From assembly GCA_964291405.2 (NCBI GenBank), contig OZ219926.1, positions 3,840,001-3,904,000 on the forward strand: 64,000 bases of DNA, in the 5' to 3' direction. The notes beneath the pieces are model-generated. The model had not been told where the DNA came from, made no database searches, and worked only from the letters and a program-made list of their open reading frames with translations. Source of the DNA: Thermodesulfobacteriota bacterium (GTDB taxonomy: Bacteria > Desulfobacterota > Binatia > Bin18). Below, piece after piece: positions 1-10,382 of the stretch (position 1 is the stretch's first letter; the number at the start of each line of letters is the position of its first letter). The position numbers and the translations under genes are program-made.

Positions 1-772
1 AAACAATGGTGAGCTTGGGAAAACGCTCCAGCACGCCGCCGAGGACAAACACGGCAATCGAGCGCTCCACTTCGTGATGCAGCGTAGAGACCTGGAGCGC
101 CAGGTTATCGGCAAAGAAGTCAATACCCATGCCCTTTCGGCCGGTCAGGATATGTAAGGAAAGCGGCATATTGAGGTCCGAGGCGGCCGCCCAGAATGGA
201 TCGTAGTCGGTGTGACTGTACGGGCGCTCATCCGGCGGCTCAGCCCAGATCATGGCTCCGCGCATGCCTTTTTTAGCGATGCGTTCGAGTTCCTGGGTAC
301 CGGCCTCAATGTCTTCCAGTGTAATGAGTCCGAGCGGCAGGAGCCGCTTTGGATCATGGCTGCAGTAATCGACCGACCAGTCGTTATAGGCCCGAAAGCA
401 GGCGTCCCGCAGCTCGATATTATCCAGGCCGTAGAGGGGCATGCCCATGGAGGTGTAGATCACCTCGGCTTCCAGACCGTCTCGCTCCTGGTCCTTAATG
501 CGCGCGGCGGGGTCCCATACGCTGGCCGGAGCGGCCTCAAAGCCCTTCCTGTTGTGTGCCGGCAGCTCTTCCGAAGGAACGCCGGCACCAAAAAATCCGG
601 CCACCGGTATCGGATTGATGTTCTCGCACACAAAGAACTCGCCCTCTTTTCCGTTGAGCCCATTTACCGTGTGCGGAGCCTTATCCCGGAATTTCTTATC
701 CAGTCGTTCCGCCCACATATCGGGTGGTTCTACAAAGTGTGAATCTGCCGAAATCACTCCAGACTGCGCCAT
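1..772 (-). CDS. Amidohydrolase_2 family protein (partial, runs off the left edge)
   Basis: Not in ORF track. Manual translation from ATG at 772 gives MAQSGVISADSHFVEPPDMWAERLDKKFRDKAP, with the ISADSHxxEP metal motif; GGAGG RBS upstream. Confidence 0.85.
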   Translation of the reverse strand, partial: MAQSGVISADSHFVEPPDMWAERLDKKFRDKAPHTVNGLNGKEGEFFVCENINPIPVAGFFGAGVPSEELPAHNRKGFEAAPASVWDPAARIKDQERDGLEAEVIYTSMGMPLYGLDNIELRDACFRAYNDWSVDYCSHDPKRLLPLGLITLEDIEAGTQELERIAKKGMRGAMIWAEPPDERPYSHTDYDPFWAAASDLNMPLSLHILTGRKGMGIDFFADNLALQVSTLHHEVERSIAVFVLGGVLERFPKLTIV

Positions 773-905
773 AGTGTCCCTCCTTGGCTGCCATGAATGT
801 CTCCCGAAACGAACACGAACCAGACCTTCCGGTTACTCCGACTCCTTTCCCCTAGCACGCTTTGTGCGGTGGTCAAGAGGAACGGAATGGTCTATATGAA
901 GCAGC

Positions 906-2618
906 ATGCAATACGATCTTCTTATTAAAAACGGTACGGTGGTTGATGGCTCCGGGCTGCCCCGATTTCAGGCTGACGTCGCCATCGCTGAGGGCAAAAT
1001 TGCCGCCATTGGCAAAATTCGTGAGAACGCCAGGGAAATCATCGATGCCGAGGGACACGTCGTTTCCCCCGGCTTTGTGGATGGCCATACCCATATGGAC
1101 GCCCAGGTGTTTTGGGACCCGCTGGGAACGTGTTCGTGCTGGCATGGTATTACCAGCGTGGTCATGGGCAACTGCGGCTTCTCGCTCGCTCCCTGTAGCG
1201 AAGAGGACAAACTGCTGGTGATGCGCAATCTGGAGCGCGCCGAAGACATTTCACCGGAAGCCATGGAAGCCGGTATCAAGTGGAGTTGGACCACCTATCC
1301 GGAATACCTGGATGCGGTCGAACGCCTGCCCAAAGGCATTAACTATTCGGCCTATATCGGCCATTCCGCGCTACGAACCTATGTCATGGGTGAGCGGGCT
1401 TTTAGCGAAGAAGCGACTCCCGACGATCTCGAATCCATGAAGCGAGAAGTCCGCAGCGCCATACAAGCGGGCGCCGCCGGCTTTACCACCTCACGCACGC
1501 GGAACCACCAGACGCCCGATGGCCAACCGGTTGCGAGTCGGCTCGCCACCTGGGACGAGGTTCGCCAACTGGTCGGCGTGCTCGGCGAGCTGAACTCCGG
1601 GGTGTTTGAGATTGCCGGCGAGGACACCGGACTCAACCCGGAACGGATTCAGGACTATTGTAACCGGCTCAAAGCCCTGGCGGTGGATACCGGTGTGCCA
1701 GTCACGTTCGGCATGTTCAGCGCGCCCAAGGCCCCGGACTATTGGCGCCCGTTTTTTGCGCTGGCCGACGAAACCGCCGAAGCCGGCGGGCGTATGTTTA
1801 TTCAGGTCCACAGCCGACCCATTAGCGTGTTGCAGTCGTTCGAGTCGGTCACCTCGTTTGACAAGCTGCCCGTCTGGCGCGACATCCGAAAACTGCCCCT
1901 GGCAGAACAGGAAGCGGCCTTGCGCAATCCCGACATGCGCCAGAAGCTGGTGCAGGCTGCCAATCAGCCGCCCCAAGAGGGGACCCGGGCGGTCGGTGCG
2001 GAGGCCCGCGCGGCGAATTTCAAATGGCTGTTCCCCATCATGGACAGGGCCGTCCCGCCGTATCGATCGGTGGCCGAGATTGCGGCCGAACGCAACCAGG
2101 ACCCGGTGGAGACCTATATCGAGCTCGCCCTGGAAAAGGGGCTGAAGCGTTTCTTCATGCAGCCACTGACCAACACCCATGAGCCCAGCACCTTGGAGAT
2201 GATGCAGCACCCCCGCTCGGTGATCACCTTCTCCGACTCGGGTGCCCATGTTTCCCAGATTATGGATTCTTCCCTGCAAACCCATCTGTTGAGTCACTGG
2301 GTGCGTGAGAGAGAAGCCCTGCCCCTGGAAGACGCGGTGCACCAACTCAGCTTCGTGCCAGCTTCCCACTGGAAGCTGGCCGGACGCGGTCTGCTGCGCG
2401 AGGGCTGGAACGCCGATGTCGTAATTTTCGATCCCCAGACGGTTGAGCCGCAGGTGCCCGAGCTAACCTATGACCTGCCTGCCGGCGCTCGACGGCTCAA
2501 ACAAAAAGCCAACGGTTTTCTGGCGACCATCGTCAATGGCGAAGTCGTCCTGCGAAACAACGAGCACACCGGCGCCCTGCCGGGGCAGTTATTACGCGGC
2601 CCATTAGCCAGTCAGTAA
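906..2618 (+). CDS. N-acyl-D-amino-acid deacylase family amidohydrolase
   Basis: 570 aa; YDLLIKNGTVVDGSG N-terminus, PGFVDGHTHMD, GNCGFS, SDSGAH, ADVVIFDP motifs. Confidence 0.9.
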   Translation: MQYDLLIKNGTVVDGSGLPRFQADVAIAEGKIAAIGKIRENAREIIDAEGHVVSPGFVDGHTHMDAQVFWDPLGTCSCWHGITSVVMGNCGFSLAPCSEEDKLLVMRNLERAEDISPEAMEAGIKWSWTTYPEYLDAVERLPKGINYSAYIGHSALRTYVMGERAFSEEATPDDLESMKREVRSAIQAGAAGFTTSRTRNHQTPDGQPVASRLATWDEVRQLVGVLGELNSGVFEIAGEDTGLNPERIQDYCNRLKALAVDTGVPVTFGMFSAPKAPDYWRPFFALADETAEAGGRMFIQVHSRPISVLQSFESVTSFDKLPVWRDIRKLPLAEQEAALRNPDMRQKLVQAANQPPQEGTRAVGAEARAANFKWLFPIMDRAVPPYRSVAEIAAERNQDPVETYIELALEKGLKRFFMQPLTNTHEPSTLEMMQHPRSVITFSDSGAHVSQIMDSSLQTHLLSHWVREREALPLEDAVHQLSFVPASHWKLAGRGLLREGWNADVVIFDPQTVEPQVPELTYDLPAGARRLKQKANGFLATIVNGEVVLRNNEHTGALPGQLLRGPLASQ

Positions 2619-2636
2619 AAAATACCCGCTCTGTTT

Positions 2637-2670
2637 CCCTCTCCCGCTGGGAGAGGGGTAGGGTGAGGGT
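2637..2670. repeat. REP-like palindromic element (CCCTCTCCC-N3-GGGAGAGGG...GGGTGAGGG type)
   Basis: ccctctcccgctgggagaggggtagggtgagggt, a 9-bp perfect stem just after the stop of the deacylase gene. Confidence 0.7.
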
Positions 2671-2778
2671 CTTCTCTTCGAGTCCAAACCGCTCGTAATC
2701 TCCCGCAACCGTGCTACCATTTGTCGTCCCCTTCCGGGAACCACCCGGAGATGGGCGAGACATTAAGGAGGGTTGCGC

Positions 2779-3612
2779 ATGGCTGAAGAGCGCACGGAAT
2801 GGACAGAGGACGATTCTCAACTCTACCGCGAACTGGCGGCGATTGCCGTGCCGGCCCGGGATGAGCAGGTTGCGACACTTTTGAGTCTGCTGCCCTTTCA
2901 GCAGCAGGACGCGTTCCGCGCGGTTGAGCTTGGCTGCGGGGAAGGGGCCTTGTCGTTTGCCGTGCTGGACTGCTTTCCAAACGCCTCGGTGCTGGCCCTG
3001 GATGGGTCAGAAAGCATGCGCCAGCAGGCAGGCCGTCACCTCCAGCGTTTTGGAGAGCGCGTTCGGATTGCAGACTTTGATATGGCCTCGCCGGACTGGC
3101 TCGATTCGCTGGATGAGAGCGACTGCGTCGTCTCCTCCCTGTGCGTGCACCATCTGAGCGGGCCGGAAAAACAGTGGCTGTTTACGGAAATCGGTAAACG
3201 GATTTCAGACCGCGGCGCGGTCCTGCTTGCCGATATCGTCAAACCGCAACGGTCGGAAGCCTGGGCATCCTTTGGCGAAGGTTGGGATCGGATTACGCAG
3301 TCGCTCTCAATCGAAAAGACGGGCTCCACCCGGCTCTTTGAGAAATTCACCCAGGAAAAGTGGAATTACTTCCACACCCCCGATCCCTACGATAAACCCT
3401 CGCCGCTGTTCGAGCAGTTGACGTGGTTCAAACAAGCCGGCTTCGCTGTGGCGGACTGTTTTTGGCTCCAATCCGGACACGCCATTTATGGCGGCTATAA
3501 ATCACCGGGGGATGCGGGACCACCGCCTGCGCCCGCCAGCGTGTCCTTCGCCGTTGCCCTGACATCCGCCCGGACGGCTTTACAGGCCATAGAACAGCGG
3601 GCCGGGGTGTAG
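2779..3612 (+). CDS. Class I SAM-dependent methyltransferase
   Basis: VELGCGEG motif I, LALDGSESM, VVSSLCVHHL; AAGGAGG RBS before ATG 2779. Confidence 0.88.
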   Translation: MAEERTEWTEDDSQLYRELAAIAVPARDEQVATLLSLLPFQQQDAFRAVELGCGEGALSFAVLDCFPNASVLALDGSESMRQQAGRHLQRFGERVRIADFDMASPDWLDSLDESDCVVSSLCVHHLSGPEKQWLFTEIGKRISDRGAVLLADIVKPQRSEAWASFGEGWDRITQSLSIEKTGSTRLFEKFTQEKWNYFHTPDPYDKPSPLFEQLTWFKQAGFAVADCFWLQSGHAIYGGYKSPGDAGPPPAPASVSFAVALTSARTALQAIEQRAGV

Positions 3613-3638
3613 GCGCTCTTGAAAGGAGGCTCGCCGGT

Positions 3639-4718
3639 ATGCGAGACATCAGCCGCCGGAAGTTCCTGAAGGAAGCGGGTACGGTTGTCGCTGGGGTAGC
3701 AGGCTTACAGGCCGCTGCCTCAACGCCGTCTGAAGCCGAGACGCCGGTCGGCCAGGCAGCTCAGGAAGGCCCAGCGCCGGGGTGGCGCTTCGGTATCCAG
3801 ATCGAGCCGCAGTTTGGCTTTACCTACGACGAAGTCGCCCAGATCGCAAAAGAGGCGGAACGGCTTGGTTTTTACGGCTTGTGGGCATCGGACCATCTTT
3901 TTTGGGACGCCAGGTCTGAGCAGCGCAACTGTTTGGAGGCCTGGACCCTGCTGACCGCGCTCGCTCCGGTGACGACCCGACTGAGGCTGGGAACGCTGGT
4001 CACGTGCAACTCGTATCGTCCGCCCAGCATCCTGGCAAAAATTGCGGCTAGCCTCGATCATCTCAGCAACGGCCGACTGGAGTTTGGCATCGGAGCCGGC
4101 TGGAAGGAGCTTGAGTATCGGGCCTACGGAATTCCCTTTCCCTCAATCGGTACGCGTCTGTCTCAGCTCGAAGAGGCGGTACAGGTGGTGCGCCTGTTGT
4201 GGACGCAGGAACGGGCCTCTTTTTCCGGCAAGCACTACCAGTTGCAGGAGGCGCTGTGCGCGCCCAAGCCCATGCAGCAACCGCCACGAATATGGATTGC
4301 CGGCGGCGGAGAGAAGGTCATGCTGCGCATCGTGGCCAAGTACGCCGACGGCTGGAACATCCTGCTTCGGTCTTCGGTAGAAACCGTGAAAAGAAAGACC
4401 GCTATCCTGCGCCGGCACTGTGACGCGCTCAAGCGGGATTTCTCAGCGATTGAGAAGTCGCTGTTTCTGGCGGTGGTGCTGGCTGAAGACGAGAAAGAAC
4501 TCAAACGGCGAGAGGCCGAGTCGGCCCAGGCATTGGGCGGTCGGGGATTGTGGGCGTCCCGAGAGCTGGGAACAGCCGGGACGCCGGAGCGCCTGGCGGA
4601 AACCCTGCGGGCGTTGCAGGCGCTGGGCTTTCACCATTTCCAGATGGTGTTTCCGTACAAGCAGGAACGGGAAATGCTCCAGCGCTTTGCCGAGCTGGTT
4701 GTTCCTCAGTTGAGCTAA
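3639..4718 (+). CDS. LLM-class (probably F420-dependent) oxidoreductase with a Tat signal peptide
   Basis: WASDHL, EAWTLLTALA, RLGTLVTCNSYRPP, GRLEFGIGAGW LLM motifs; N-terminal SRRKFLK twin-arginine motif; AAGGAGG RBS. Confidence 0.88.
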   Translation: MRDISRRKFLKEAGTVVAGVAGLQAAASTPSEAETPVGQAAQEGPAPGWRFGIQIEPQFGFTYDEVAQIAKEAERLGFYGLWASDHLFWDARSEQRNCLEAWTLLTALAPVTTRLRLGTLVTCNSYRPPSILAKIAASLDHLSNGRLEFGIGAGWKELEYRAYGIPFPSIGTRLSQLEEAVQVVRLLWTQERASFSGKHYQLQEALCAPKPMQQPPRIWIAGGGEKVMLRIVAKYADGWNILLRSSVETVKRKTAILRRHCDALKRDFSAIEKSLFLAVVLAEDEKELKRREAESAQALGGRGLWASRELGTAGTPERLAETLRALQALGFHHFQMVFPYKQEREMLQRFAELVVPQLS

Positions 4719-4743
4719 AATGGCACCCCTGCCTGGGCACTGC

Positions 4744-5658
4744 ATGAAGTGCCTCTCAGCCTTGGTTGGGCTCCTCATGCTGTCGGCCCTCATTGGCTGC
4801 GCGTCCCGTTCTCAACCCGCCGCACGCGCAGTTGCCAGGGCCTCCACTGCGGCCGTGTTTGCGAGTATGGAAGCGAACCGGGCCGCAGCACAGGCCGAGC
4901 CGCTGGCCCAGTTATACGAGATTACTGATACGGACTTATCGTGCGAACAGGCCCAGCAACTCGCCTACCGGACAGTCGAGCGGATGGGGTATCGCGTCAC
5001 GAGTGCAACCAGGGCTGCGCCGGGAAAAACCGGAGCGATACAGGCGCGGCAAAGACGGTCGGGTCAGACGGCGCTGGTTCAGGTGACGGTTCGGTGTCAG
5101 CCGCAGGGCGTGGTTGTTGACGCCGCCTCGCTCAGCACCTTGGACGTGGCCTCCCCTACGCCGCACCCGCTCGTGACGGATTATCACGAGCGAGAGGCCC
5201 CGCGTCTCACCAAGAACCGCCCGCCACCGACCACCTACTTCCGGCGCGCGTTTTATTCCCTGTTTCACGGGCTGGCCGACCAAGTCAAACGCTACGGACC
5301 CGAAGGCCAGGTGTATGTGCATATCCGGCCCCTGCCGCCGATGGAGGCGGAGTTGCTCTTTGGTGTCCACACGCCGGACATTTTTATCGTTGCCGTAGAA
5401 GTCGCCAATCGGACGCAACAGACCTATGTGTTCGATACGGAGCAGGTCCACCTCCTCTCGGCCACAGGAGGCACCGTCCGGGCTCTAGCAGAAAAAGATG
5501 CCGCCAGTCTCCCGCCACCTATGGTCAGTCAGGCGCTTGCGTCTCATGTCGCCACGCACGGCTATTTGTATTACCCGGCGGGGGAGTATCTGAGCGTGCA
5601 GGGCACTCTGACGGAGGTGCAGAGTCAGGAGCGGCAGGGCTTTCAGATTGAGTTCTGA
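4744..5658 (+). CDS. Hypothetical lipoprotein
   Basis: MKCLSALVGLLMLSALIGC signal ending in a lipobox-like LIGC. Start could alternatively be 4720. Confidence 0.65.
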   Translation: MKCLSALVGLLMLSALIGCASRSQPAARAVARASTAAVFASMEANRAAAQAEPLAQLYEITDTDLSCEQAQQLAYRTVERMGYRVTSATRAAPGKTGAIQARQRRSGQTALVQVTVRCQPQGVVVDAASLSTLDVASPTPHPLVTDYHEREAPRLTKNRPPPTTYFRRAFYSLFHGLADQVKRYGPEGQVYVHIRPLPPMEAELLFGVHTPDIFIVAVEVANRTQQTYVFDTEQVHLLSATGGTVRALAEKDAASLPPPMVSQALASHVATHGYLYYPAGEYLSVQGTLTEVQSQERQGFQIEF

Positions 5659-5720
5659 TTGGCCTGGCCCCGCTTCTTTGCTACGTTCCTTTGACAACGC
5701 CAGTAGAGGGAGGGCTCGCC

Positions 5721-6131
5721 ATGTATTCCATGCGGAAAATTTCCGGCATTGAAAAGTTTATTCATCCTGCGGTTATTCACCAGACCTTGGTGAAGGAGGA
5801 TTCTCGAAACGTTGAAATCTGGATGCAGACCTCGCAGCCGGGCAAGCCGACCCCAACCCACTATCATTCGGGCGAAGAGATTCTTATTGTTCTCAAGGGA
5901 ACCGGCTGGTGTCAGGTAGATGGGAAGCAGATCGATTTCGGACCCAACAGCGTCCTGACCGTTCCTGCCTACACCCCGCATAAAATCTGCACAACCGGTG
6001 AGGAAGAGATGCAGGCGATTGCAGTTCTGGAAACCCCGGTCGAAATTTTCAATCGTGCCGGCGAGCCGATTCAATTGCCCTGGCCCTACGGAGAAACGCC
6101 GGGCACGCTTGAGCCGACGCTGCCCGAGTGA
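5721..6131 (+). CDS. Cupin domain protein
   Basis: PTHYHSGEEILIVLKGTG and VPAYTPH cupin motifs; GGAGG RBS before ATG 5721. Confidence 0.85.
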   Translation: MYSMRKISGIEKFIHPAVIHQTLVKEDSRNVEIWMQTSQPGKPTPTHYHSGEEILIVLKGTGWCQVDGKQIDFGPNSVLTVPAYTPHKICTTGEEEMQAIAVLETPVEIFNRAGEPIQLPWPYGETPGTLEPTLPE

Positions 6132-6162
6132 GTGAGTAGAAGATCAAGCGAGGGAAGATAGT

Positions 6163-7935
6163 ATGAAAAAGTTTCTGGCACGGACGCTCATGCTGATTGG
6201 CGCGTGGGTCGTCGTTATGGCCATTGTCGGTGCTATCGCTACTCTGATGAGCCAAGAGAGTCTGCCGGAGCACATCGTACTTGAGATCGACTTTGAGCGC
6301 GAGTTTGCCGAGTATATTCCAACCGATCCGCTGGCGAGCGTCCTCATGGAACAGACCGTGTCGGTCCGGGATATTGTTGACGCGCTGCGCCAGGCGGCTA
6401 CCGACGAGCGCGTTCTGGCCCTGGTCGCACGTACAGGCACTCCGCGTATGGGTCTGGCGGAAATCCAAGAGGTGCGGGACGCGGTCATGGCCTTTCGGAA
6501 CAGTGGCAAGCCGACCGTTGCCTATGCCGAGACCTTTGGCGAGTTCGGACCTGGAAACGGAGCGTATTATCTGGCAGCTGCCTTTGACCGCATCTATCTC
6601 CAACCCTCCGGGGACATCGGCCTCACCGGTCTGATGGCGGAATCGGCCTTCGTCAGCGGGACGCTGGAAAAGCTGGGCCTCTCGCCCCGTATGGACCACC
6701 GCTACGAGTATAAAAACGCGCTCAATATGTTCACCGAAAAAAAATACACCCAACCCCATCGTGAGGCGATCCTCCAGATTATTGAATCCCAGTTCGGCCA
6801 GATCGTGCAGGGCATTGCCGCGGGCCGAGGCTTGGAAGCCGGTGCGGTACGAGCCCTGGTTGACCGTGGGCCGTTTCTCGGCAAGCAAGCGCTGGCGGAA
6901 AACCTGGTTGACGGGCTGACGTATCGGGATGAAGTCCAGGCCATCATCGACGATGACCTTGGCGAGGAGGTAGAACGCGTCAGTTTGTTTACCTACCTCC
7001 GCCAGATGGGTCGCCCGCACAGTGAAGGGGAGGCGATTGCGCTCATTTACGGAGTCGGTGGGGTGCATCGCGGCAAGAGCGAATACAGCGCTGCACTGAG
7101 CGGGCCGACGATGGGATCGGACTCTGTGTCGGCGGCGTTTCGTTCTGCCGTGCAGGACGACACAGTGAAGGCCATTCTGTTTCGGATTGACAGTCCGGGC
7201 GGCTCCTATGTTGCCTCCGATACGATTTGGCGTGAGACCGTCCGAGCCAAGGAGGCGGGTAAACCGGTCATTGTCTCTATGGGCAACGTGGCCGGCTCGG
7301 GCGGCTATTTTGTGGCTGCGGCTGCGGACAAAATTGTGGCCCAGCCCGGTACGATTACCGGCTCCATCGGGGTGGTTGGTGGGAAGATGCTCACCGCTGA
7401 ACTCATGGAGAAAATCGGTATCTCATCGGACGAGGTGCATACCAGTACCAATGCCACCATGTGGTCAAGCTCGCTCGATTATACGCCTCAGCAGTGGCAC
7501 CGGATCACGACCTGGCTCGATCATGTGTACGCAGACTTTACGCAGAAAGTTGCCCAGGGAAGGGGTCTCACCCAGGAACAGGTGCACGCCGTGGCAAAGG
7601 GTCGGATTTGGACGGGTGAAGATGCCAAAGATATTGGCCTGATCGACGAGCTCGGCGGCTTCCCGGCAGCGCTGCGTCTCGCCAAACAAGCGGCGGGGAT
7701 CGCGGAAGATGCACCGGTGCAGGTCAAACTCTTTCCTGAACAGAAAACACTCGTTGACACGGTCCTGTCTCGTCTCCAGGGTCGAGAGGACGCCGCGGCT
7801 GAGGCCAGTCCGACGGCAGCGGCTCTGCGCCAGGTCATGCAAGCCGTACGACCGGTTATCCAGATGGGACAGCGCCTTGGGCTGTGGTCCGAGCCTGGTG
7901 TGTTGACCATGCCCCACTGGGAGACGGCGTGGTGA
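6163..7935 (+). CDS. sppA: Signal peptide peptidase SppA (67K type, peptidase S49)
   Basis: 590 aa, N-terminal TM, two S49 domains; RIDSPGGS, SMGNVAGSGGY, TITGSIGV, GRIWTG. Confidence 0.93.
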   Translation: MKKFLARTLMLIGAWVVVMAIVGAIATLMSQESLPEHIVLEIDFEREFAEYIPTDPLASVLMEQTVSVRDIVDALRQAATDERVLALVARTGTPRMGLAEIQEVRDAVMAFRNSGKPTVAYAETFGEFGPGNGAYYLAAAFDRIYLQPSGDIGLTGLMAESAFVSGTLEKLGLSPRMDHRYEYKNALNMFTEKKYTQPHREAILQIIESQFGQIVQGIAAGRGLEAGAVRALVDRGPFLGKQALAENLVDGLTYRDEVQAIIDDDLGEEVERVSLFTYLRQMGRPHSEGEAIALIYGVGGVHRGKSEYSAALSGPTMGSDSVSAAFRSAVQDDTVKAILFRIDSPGGSYVASDTIWRETVRAKEAGKPVIVSMGNVAGSGGYFVAAAADKIVAQPGTITGSIGVVGGKMLTAELMEKIGISSDEVHTSTNATMWSSSLDYTPQQWHRITTWLDHVYADFTQKVAQGRGLTQEQVHAVAKGRIWTGEDAKDIGLIDELGGFPAALRLAKQAAGIAEDAPVQVKLFPEQKTLVDTVLSRLQGREDAAAEASPTAAALRQVMQAVRPVIQMGQRLGLWSEPGVLTMPHWETAW

Positions 7936-7942
7936 GGCGACT

Positions 7943-8410
7943 TTACTGAAGCTCAGCCTGCGCTGCCTGCTGCACCGGCTGCGCTTGTATCGCCACCGGG
8001 GTCAGGTTCATCAGATTGTCCGAGACCGGACAGCGCGTTTCTATGGTCGCCAGCCATTGGTCCAGGGTGGCCTGATCGACATCGGCGTCAACCTTGAGTG
8101 TGACGTCAATGTTTTTGTATCCAGCCCGATCATCCGTCTGTCTGCCGAGCAGTTTGTTCGGATTGAGCGGACCGGCCGCATTGATGGTCAGGGACCGAAT
8201 CGTAAAGCCCATTTCTTTGGCAATAATATGCCCCATCACATTGAGACAGCCGGCCAAGCCGGCCAGGATATACTCAACCGGATTCGGCCCTTCGTCATCC
8301 CCGCCGAGACCCGGCGGTTCATCAACGATCAGCTCAAACCCTCTAACCTGAACCGCCAGGCGGGCGGGCGATTCCGACTGTCCTGAAACCTTGAATGTGA
8401 CATCAGACAT
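7943..8410 (-). CDS. OsmC-like family protein
   Basis: VDEPPGLGGDDEGPNPVEYILAGLAGC and RCPVSDNL, carrying the two conserved Cys. Confidence 0.9.
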   Translation of the reverse strand: MSDVTFKVSGQSESPARLAVQVRGFELIVDEPPGLGGDDEGPNPVEYILAGLAGCLNVMGHIIAKEMGFTIRSLTINAAGPLNPNKLLGRQTDDRAGYKNIDVTLKVDADVDQATLDQWLATIETRCPVSDNLMNLTPVAIQAQPVQQAAQAELQ

Positions 8411-8422
8411 GAAGTGTCTCCT

Positions 8423-9175
8423 TTACGCCGCGAGTCTGCGGCTGCCCTGGGCGGCCGGCAGGGAGGGATCAATGACGAAGCGGAGGTGGGGCAGGTCGGT
8501 ATCACATTGCGTCATGGTCGCAATAATCGGAGTCGTGCAGTGCAACCGCCCGGAGTCCCCCCAGGCTCCGGCTTTGAAGGTGATGAGGCGGGGCTTGCCG
8601 CGCTGCGCAGCCTGAAACACGTATTCCGGGTCAACCTGGACAATGACCGGCTTGTCCTGGTCCTGAACCCGAGCCAAGTGCAGGCTGTCGAGATAGGTAA
8701 TATCCGCACCTGAGATATGCTCGGGATTCTCCAACTCGATCTCCATGAGCGTTTCGCCGTCACGTTCAACCTTCCCAATCACCCGATCGTGGCGCGGCTG
8801 GAGCGAGACCGCCGCGGTCTCGACGGTAAACCCCCAGCGGGCTTGCAACTCGCTCACTGCCGGCTCGGTACTGGCATAGGCGTGCAGCAGGTAGCCGCGG
8901 GGCCGAATACCGGCCCGAACGATGATGCGGACCTGGGCGAGGGCGAACGGCCCGACCGGGCTGGCGGGATAATGCATGACCGAGAACGTGGCGTATGGCG
9001 GGATACTCGGATGGAGAGCGGGCGGAATGAGCCATTCCGCCGGTTCCTCGGCAATTTCATAGCTGAGTTGAAGAATCTCCGCGCCCTTCAGCTCCCAGGC
9101 ATCGGTATCAAGGCCGCTCATCAGCGGCGCTTGGGCTGCAGCGGCTTCAACGTCCTGTTTCCCAAACACCGGCAT
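8423..9175 (-). CDS. Acetoacetate decarboxylase-like family protein
   Basis: IPPALHP, SPVGPF and RWGF segments typical of the ADC fold. True start at 9175 overlaps the upstream stop (TAATG). Confidence 0.7.
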   Translation of the reverse strand: MPVFGKQDVEAAAAQAPLMSGLDTDAWELKGAEILQLSYEIAEEPAEWLIPPALHPSIPPYATFSVMHYPASPVGPFALAQVRIIVRAGIRPRGYLLHAYASTEPAVSELQARWGFTVETAAVSLQPRHDRVIGKVERDGETLMEIELENPEHISGADITYLDSLHLARVQDQDKPVIVQVDPEYVFQAAQRGKPRLITFKAGAWGDSGRLHCTTPIIATMTQCDTDLPHLRFVIDPSLPAAQGSRRLAA

Positions 9176-10287
9176 TAGCTGGCTCCTCCCGCGACAGCGC
9201 GTTGCGGCTGCGAGTCGGCAAACGCGGGCATGACCTCTTTGGCAAAAAGCCGCAGACTGCCGAGGACCTGGGCCTGCGGAATGATCTCGGCAGCGTTGAG
9301 GAGGAAATTGACGCGGTCCACGCCGCTGGCTTCCCATTTTTTGAGTTCACCGATGAGATGTTCGGGATTCCCGACCGCGATCCCTTCCGGGGCTTTGAAC
9401 TGATCGCCGGGGCTGGATGCCTGGCGTCGCAGGGAGGGCAGCAGACCCGCGGCTGGATAAGATTTGGCTGGATATGCCTCTTTTGCCATATCCAACTGGG
9501 CCGCCATGTAATTGAAATGGCGAATCATCTTCATGCCGGTTTTGGCGCCGGTTTCATTGTCCGGGTGGCAGTACAGGAAGTTGACGGTCGCAACCTGGTT
9601 GTTCACAAACGCACCAACCGGATTACAGTTCTGCACGCGGCGGCGATACTCTTTGACCTTGGCTTCCTGCTCGGCAAAGCTGGTAAAGGTCACCCCCAGA
9701 CAGCCGATGCCGCGATCCGCGGCGTCAAGCTCGGTGCCCGGACTGGTGACGGCCACCCACATGGGCGGATGGGGTTTCTGATAGGGCTTGGGCAGCACCG
9801 CCCGTGACGGCATGGAGAAATACTGGCCCTCATAGCCAAAGCGCTCCTGCGTCCACATCTTCGGGATGCAGTGGACAAACTCGTCCCAGCTCTTCTTGGT
9901 CTCGTCCGGACTGGCCCGAAAGCCTCCCAACTCGGTCCAGGTTGCCGACCGTCCAGTCCCGAACTGGAGCCGTCCGCCGGATAAAATATCCAGCACCGCG
10001 GCGCGTTCGGCAATCCGAATCGGGTGGTTGAATTCCGGCACGCAAATGACGATGCCGTGGCCGACGTTGATATGCTTGGTCTGCATGGCGCACGCCGTCA
10101 GAAAAAGCTCGGGAGACGAACAGTGGGAGTATTCTTCCAGGAAGTGATGCTCTACCGCCCAGACCTGCTCAAAGCCGAGTTCGTCGGCCAGGCGGACTTG
10201 CTCCAGCGCATTCATATAGACGCTGCGCTCGGCCTCTTGGTCCCAGGGCCGGGGAACGGATAGCTCATAAAAAATACCGAACTTCAT
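9175..10287 (-). CDS. LLM-class flavin-dependent oxidoreductase (luciferase-like monooxygenase)
   Basis: MKFGIFYE, WAVEHHFLEEYSH, HPIRIAERAAVLDILSGGR, PKPYQKPHPP. Confidence 0.92.
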   Translation of the reverse strand: MKFGIFYELSVPRPWDQEAERSVYMNALEQVRLADELGFEQVWAVEHHFLEEYSHCSSPELFLTACAMQTKHINVGHGIVICVPEFNHPIRIAERAAVLDILSGGRLQFGTGRSATWTELGGFRASPDETKKSWDEFVHCIPKMWTQERFGYEGQYFSMPSRAVLPKPYQKPHPPMWVAVTSPGTELDAADRGIGCLGVTFTSFAEQEAKVKEYRRRVQNCNPVGAFVNNQVATVNFLYCHPDNETGAKTGMKMIRHFNYMAAQLDMAKEAYPAKSYPAAGLLPSLRRQASSPGDQFKAPEGIAVGNPEHLIGELKKWEASGVDRVNFLLNAAEIIPQAQVLGSLRLFAKEVMPAFADSQPQRAVAGGAS

Positions 10288-10382
10288 GCTGACCTCCTTT
10301 GACGATGACGAACGACGGAACGCCTCTCAACTTCCTGTCGTGTGTATCCTACATTCCGGGTTTCCGTAAAGAGGAAACCCGT

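Noticed and set aside
212-899. Plus-strand ORFs 212-742 and 498-899
   Set aside because: Shadows of the minus-strand amidohydrolase starting at 772.
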